Of a stretch of 64,000 bases of DNA, positions 60,257 through 64,000 are shown piece after piece (position 1 is the first letter of the stretch; each line of letters starts with the position of its first letter). Below the pieces are notes generated by a model. It was given only the letters and a program-made list of their open reading frames with translations. It did not search any database and was not told where the DNA came from. Both the position numbers and the translations under genes were made by a program. Origin of the DNA: Amphiscolops sp. MND2022 (lineage: Eukaryota); the NCBI GenBank assembly GCA_964187785.1, contig OZ076416.1, positions 42,904,001-42,968,000 on the forward strand, given 5' to 3'.

Positions 60257-61768
60257 TCATTTATTTTTCTGTGAACTTGATTTACCCACCACCATAACCG
60301 AACTTTTCATTCGCCAAATGCACAGTGAATGATAAAAAGTATACAGATAGAACAATAAAAAATGACAAAACGAATAAGCACACAATAAAACAATATACAA
60401 GTGTGGTAAAGCTTTCGGCGCAGGTGCTCTACTCATCAATACAATAATGATCAGAAACCCAATCCAAGAAGCGAATACAGCAGAGTTCAAATACTTCAGA
60501 CCCTTTTTGGTACTTTTTCCAGTCACAGGAAGAAGTTCATTTGCCAGCAAGATGAAAAAGAAATTGAACATCACCGAAGTGAACAAGAAACCATCCTTCA
60601 TGTAGAGGTGACTCATGCTCAAAGAACTGACAGAAAGCCCGTGTATGACTAAACGTGGGTCCAGTTGGCCATGTAACAAAACCAAGGGAATTGTGAATAA
60701 AAGAATTGATTTTTCATGAACCTGGTATGAAAAAAGGAAGAACGCTAAAGATGTAGATGCCAAAGACATCGTCAGGTTTTGATTCGTGGGTTTAAATAGC
60801 ACTAAAAGACACGAGGGCATAGATGCCATCAGGGTAATAATTGCACTTGCTCCGGCCAATTGACCTTGGGTCAATAACTCTTTGATTTTGATGACGTTAT
60901 TCAAAGTGCACCAAAAGTTTGCGACCTTGTCTTCGAAGAGTCCTCTGTTCATCGGAAACAATCTTGTCAAAACCTGTTTGGTCAGGTCTAAACTGTGAAT
61001 ATATGGTAGCCATAAAATAATGAAAGTTGTGATAACAATCAACCCAATTTTAGATACTTCAAAAATGGAGCTGAGAAGAGGACGGTTTTGGAAAGAGCGA
61101 GATAATAGAAAACAGAATATAGGAAGAGCGTGGTACAATTCCATCTGTTTGTAGTTCAAAGCCAAGCTAAACAAAACAGATCCAGTGTAATGTCTTTCAA
61201 GATTAAAGCAACTTATTGAACACAAGAAGAAACCCAAGCTAACTGAGTTATACTGAAAGTGGGCATTGTCAATCAACATTAAACCAGGGTTGAAAAGAAG
61301 TAGTGCCAATATGAAAAACTGGCTCGAAAAAACTAAGACGCTTTTCGGTTTTTCAGATGATGTTTTTCCAGGGGTTGATATCCGAGAGTAGAATATTGCA
61401 GCTGGAATCAATGTAGCTAACGAAGATAAAATTACAGAACATCTCATGAAAAACTTATGGCCGTAAGATTCCAGACCCCTTGACGTGAAGAGCTTTACCC
61501 AATCAGGGTTAATTACTTTCTGTATGAGACCCAATAAATAACTATGGTACACAGTGAGCGGAGGGTAATCAATACCCCAGTAATTGAGGTCATTTGAGGT
61601 CGAATTCGAGTATATTTCACTCAAGGGCAGGTTAACGGCCAACTCCATCCAATGTCGCTGGGCTTCATAGTCACCAAACATCGGTGGGGTCAATGACCCC
61701 GAATGAGAAATAGTAGACAGCGCCCAACAACAGAGAAAGTAAAGAAAAACCGAACAAATTGAGTCCAT
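60257..61768 (-). CDS. ALG6: Dolichyl-pyrophosphate Man9GlcNAc2 alpha-1,3-glucosyltransferase, single exon, 503 aa from the ATG at 61768
   Basis: PPMFGDYEAQRHWME, YWGIDYPPLTVYHS, HFQYN, ALNYKQMELYHALP, RLFPMNRGLFEDKVANFW, FFLFSYQVHEKSILL; multiple TM segments; the ORF-track start (TTG at 61843) is probably upstream of the true start. Confidence 0.95.
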   Translation of the reverse strand: MDSICSVFLYFLCCWALSTISHSGSLTPPMFGDYEAQRHWMELAVNLPLSEIYSNSTSNDLNYWGIDYPPLTVYHSYLLGLIQKVINPDWVKLFTSRGLESYGHKFFMRCSVILSSLATLIPAAIFYSRISTPGKTSSEKPKSVLVFSSQFFILALLLFNPGLMLIDNAHFQYNSVSLGFFLCSISCFNLERHYTGSVLFSLALNYKQMELYHALPIFCFLLSRSFQNRPLLSSIFEVSKIGLIVITTFIILWLPYIHSLDLTKQVLTRLFPMNRGLFEDKVANFWCTLNNVIKIKELLTQGQLAGASAIITLMASMPSCLLVLFKPTNQNLTMSLASTSLAFFLFSYQVHEKSILLFTIPLVLLHGQLDPRLVIHGLSVSSLSMSHLYMKDGFLFTSVMFNFFFILLANELLPVTGKSTKKGLKYLNSAVFASWIGFLIIIVLMSRAPAPKALPHLYIVLLCAYSFCHFLLFYLYTFYHSLCIWRMKSSVMVVGKSSSQKNK

Positions 61769-63080
61769 AAGTCTGAAAGAATAATCAACACTAACAAAAT
61801 GCAGAGGTGCGATTTGTTTGACGTCATTTGCCCTCGAATGCAAAAGGTAAGTTCAAATGCAGAAAGATGAAATCTTCGTCTTGGAACTAGACTGGCGCAT
61901 CCATGAATCAAATTTCGAGTTCAAAAACAAGTTAATGAAAAAACAGACACTCCGGGCGCAGAAATTTTTACGATTGCATAGCTAATGGATTGTATGCAGT
62001 GAGCAATGTTTCTTTGATGTTCTGGGCAAAGTAGACGCTACCTAAATAGTACATTTTTTCAGTGCAAAAAATTGCAGCAAAAATTTGAATTGACGAATCA
62101 TAAGATGACCCTTTAAGCTGTGCTCATAAGCAGGCTCTAGTTGAGACTGCTGGAACTTTCTACATGGGGCAGGCCCGCGGGGTATTTTTTTAAATGAAAC
62201 CTAGAAAATTCGCTCCGGTGGTGAATCTTCTAGAAATACAATCACTGCAATTAAATTTGAAAACAAATCCACCCTAATTACTGACACGATCACTTCGAAT
62301 TCACACTTTGTTTTCTCAGCTACTCATCTGACGTGATCAGCTCTTCTCAAATAGGACGCTAGGTGACTATTCAATTCGTAGAACATTCATATCGTCAAAA
62401 AATTAAGCTATTCAAAGCGTCAAAAGATTTCCATATCAGTGATTATTTTCATATTGGTTGAATGACTTGGCATTCCTCCCACCGAAGCGCTTCGCGCCAC
62501 TCCAGGTCGGCCGTCGCCAAAAGCCGCTGGTCAAGTAATAGCACGTCGCTCCGCTTCACTTCGCTCCTGCATTTAGGGTACTTGCATAATGAAACCTGCA
62601 AGACTTCACGACTTGAAATTGCGGCAGAAATGTTGATGAATGTTTCAAGTAGCTTGATAAAAGCCGGGAGCAATAGGGAAATATTTTCGCATGAAAATTT
62701 CCGTAATAGTTTTAGAAATTCACAGTGAAATTTGTTGACAACATTAAAGTGCGTGCAAAAAGGTCATGCAATTTCAACAAGGAGGTTGTTAATTATAGTC
62801 GTTCTTATCAAAATTGTTCTGAACATGGAGCATAGTTTCATACAGTTTTTGTTTAATGTTTTTCCGCATTTAGCTCAGCGCACTTATAATGTGGTGCAAA
62901 AATATTTCTGTAGAACAAATTTCATTGCAAAATTGTTGACGCTTGTCCAAAGAAAAGAACAAGGGGCTAGATTCAAGGATTAGTTGCACCCGAAGGATTG
63001 TCGAAGATTCCGTGGCTGGTTGACGGCGCGTCGACCTACAGCCACTTAGACAAAAAACGCAGCTGCTAATCAAACATTTT

Positions 63081-63919
63081 GATTCTTGTACAAATGAAAA
63101 AAAATATTGCAAACAAAATCTCAGTATTGATTTCATTATTTCGAAAATGCCTGTACAAAAGCGAAATAAATATACGAAGCATGAAATTCATATTTCAGTC
63201 CGGTATAAAAATGCCAGCTGTCCAACTTTTTCTGCGCCTAATTGCGCTCAAAGACTTCCAAATAGGTTGGTTCCAAATAAGAAATGGTTTCATAATTTAA
63301 TTTTTATTGTGCTTCGTTCATGGATAAAAACACTCACCTCGAAGTAGTGGTCGAACTTTCCATATACATGGAAGTACAGTCAATTATACCTCATTATTTA
63401 GACGAGAGCTTTGGCAAGAACCGAATATTCAACCCCAATTCACGCGCCGTAAGAAATAATTTTTTTCGGAAATTTCAAGTTTTTTTTCAGAAAAAAATGT
63501 TTTGCGCTTTTTGAGCCTTAGATATAGCGCCGACTTTAGACGTTCCCGTCTTGTTGATTCTTGTATAAATGAAAAAAATTGCAAACAAAATCTCAGTATT
63601 GATTTCATTATTTCGAAAATGCCTGTACAAAAGCGAAATAAATATACGAAGCATGAAATTCATATTTCAGTCCGGTATAAAAATGCCAGCTGTCCAACTT
63701 TTTCTGCGCCTAATTGCGCTCAAAGACTTCCAAATAGGTTGGTTCCAAATAAGAAATGGTATCATAATTTAATTTTTATTGTGCTTCGTTCATGGATAAA
63801 AACACTCACCTCGAAGTAGTGGTCGAACTTTCCATATACATGGAAGTGCAGTCAATTATACCTCATTATTTAGACGAGAGCTTTGGCAAGAACCAAATAT
63901 TCAACCCCAATTCACGCGC
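63081..63919. repeat. ~365-bp direct duplication (63081-63447; 63556-63919) separated by a HINE 3' fragment (63448-63555)
   Basis: Near-identical copies; the spacer ends gcgccgactttagacgttcccgtcttgtt. Confidence 0.92.
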
Positions 63920-64000
63920 TTTTCTTTCAGAATTGAAAAATTGAAAAAAGAATGAAAAATTCAGTCCTCAGTTGTTACAAAAAGTGCTGATTAAAAACCA

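Noticed and set aside
61769-61843. 25-aa N-terminal extension of ALG6 in the ORF track
   Set aside because: Starts at TTG; homology begins after the ATG at 61768
62449-62728. GC-richer patch with short ORFs on both strands upstream of ALG6
   Set aside because: No family motif or convincing splice sites; cannot be supported as an exon

Overview
AT-rich, intron-containing animal genomic DNA dominated by nested transposons and tandem duplications; no prokaryotic features. The repeat families resemble those I associate with the acoel Symsagittifera roscoffensis, which is an unverified inference. Host genes: (i) a six-exon, minus-strand sulfotransferase-like gene (37431-43419, 441 aa, rebuilt with consistent GT-AG phases); (ii) an intronless ALG6 ER glucosyltransferase (60257-61768, minus); (iii) an unrecognised small plus-strand gene with two paralogous terminal exons under evident purifying selection (32286-35074). 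Mobile DNA: a Tc1/IS630-type DNA transposon (~4546-12027) split by a three-LTR Bel/Pao insertion (5033-10924, TSD AACAC); a 2.5-kb tandem duplication; a 5.0-5.45-kb unit triplicated in tandem (16049-31951) carrying a decayed Copia element and a MITE; a young, nearly intact Bel/Pao element (48434-56410); decayed hAT transposases; and many copies of a non-autonomous Helentron (HINE/DINE-1-like) family whose terminal hairpin shows compensatory base changes. Two unrelated perfect 37-bp-arm palindromes and two tRNA-like sequences are also present.
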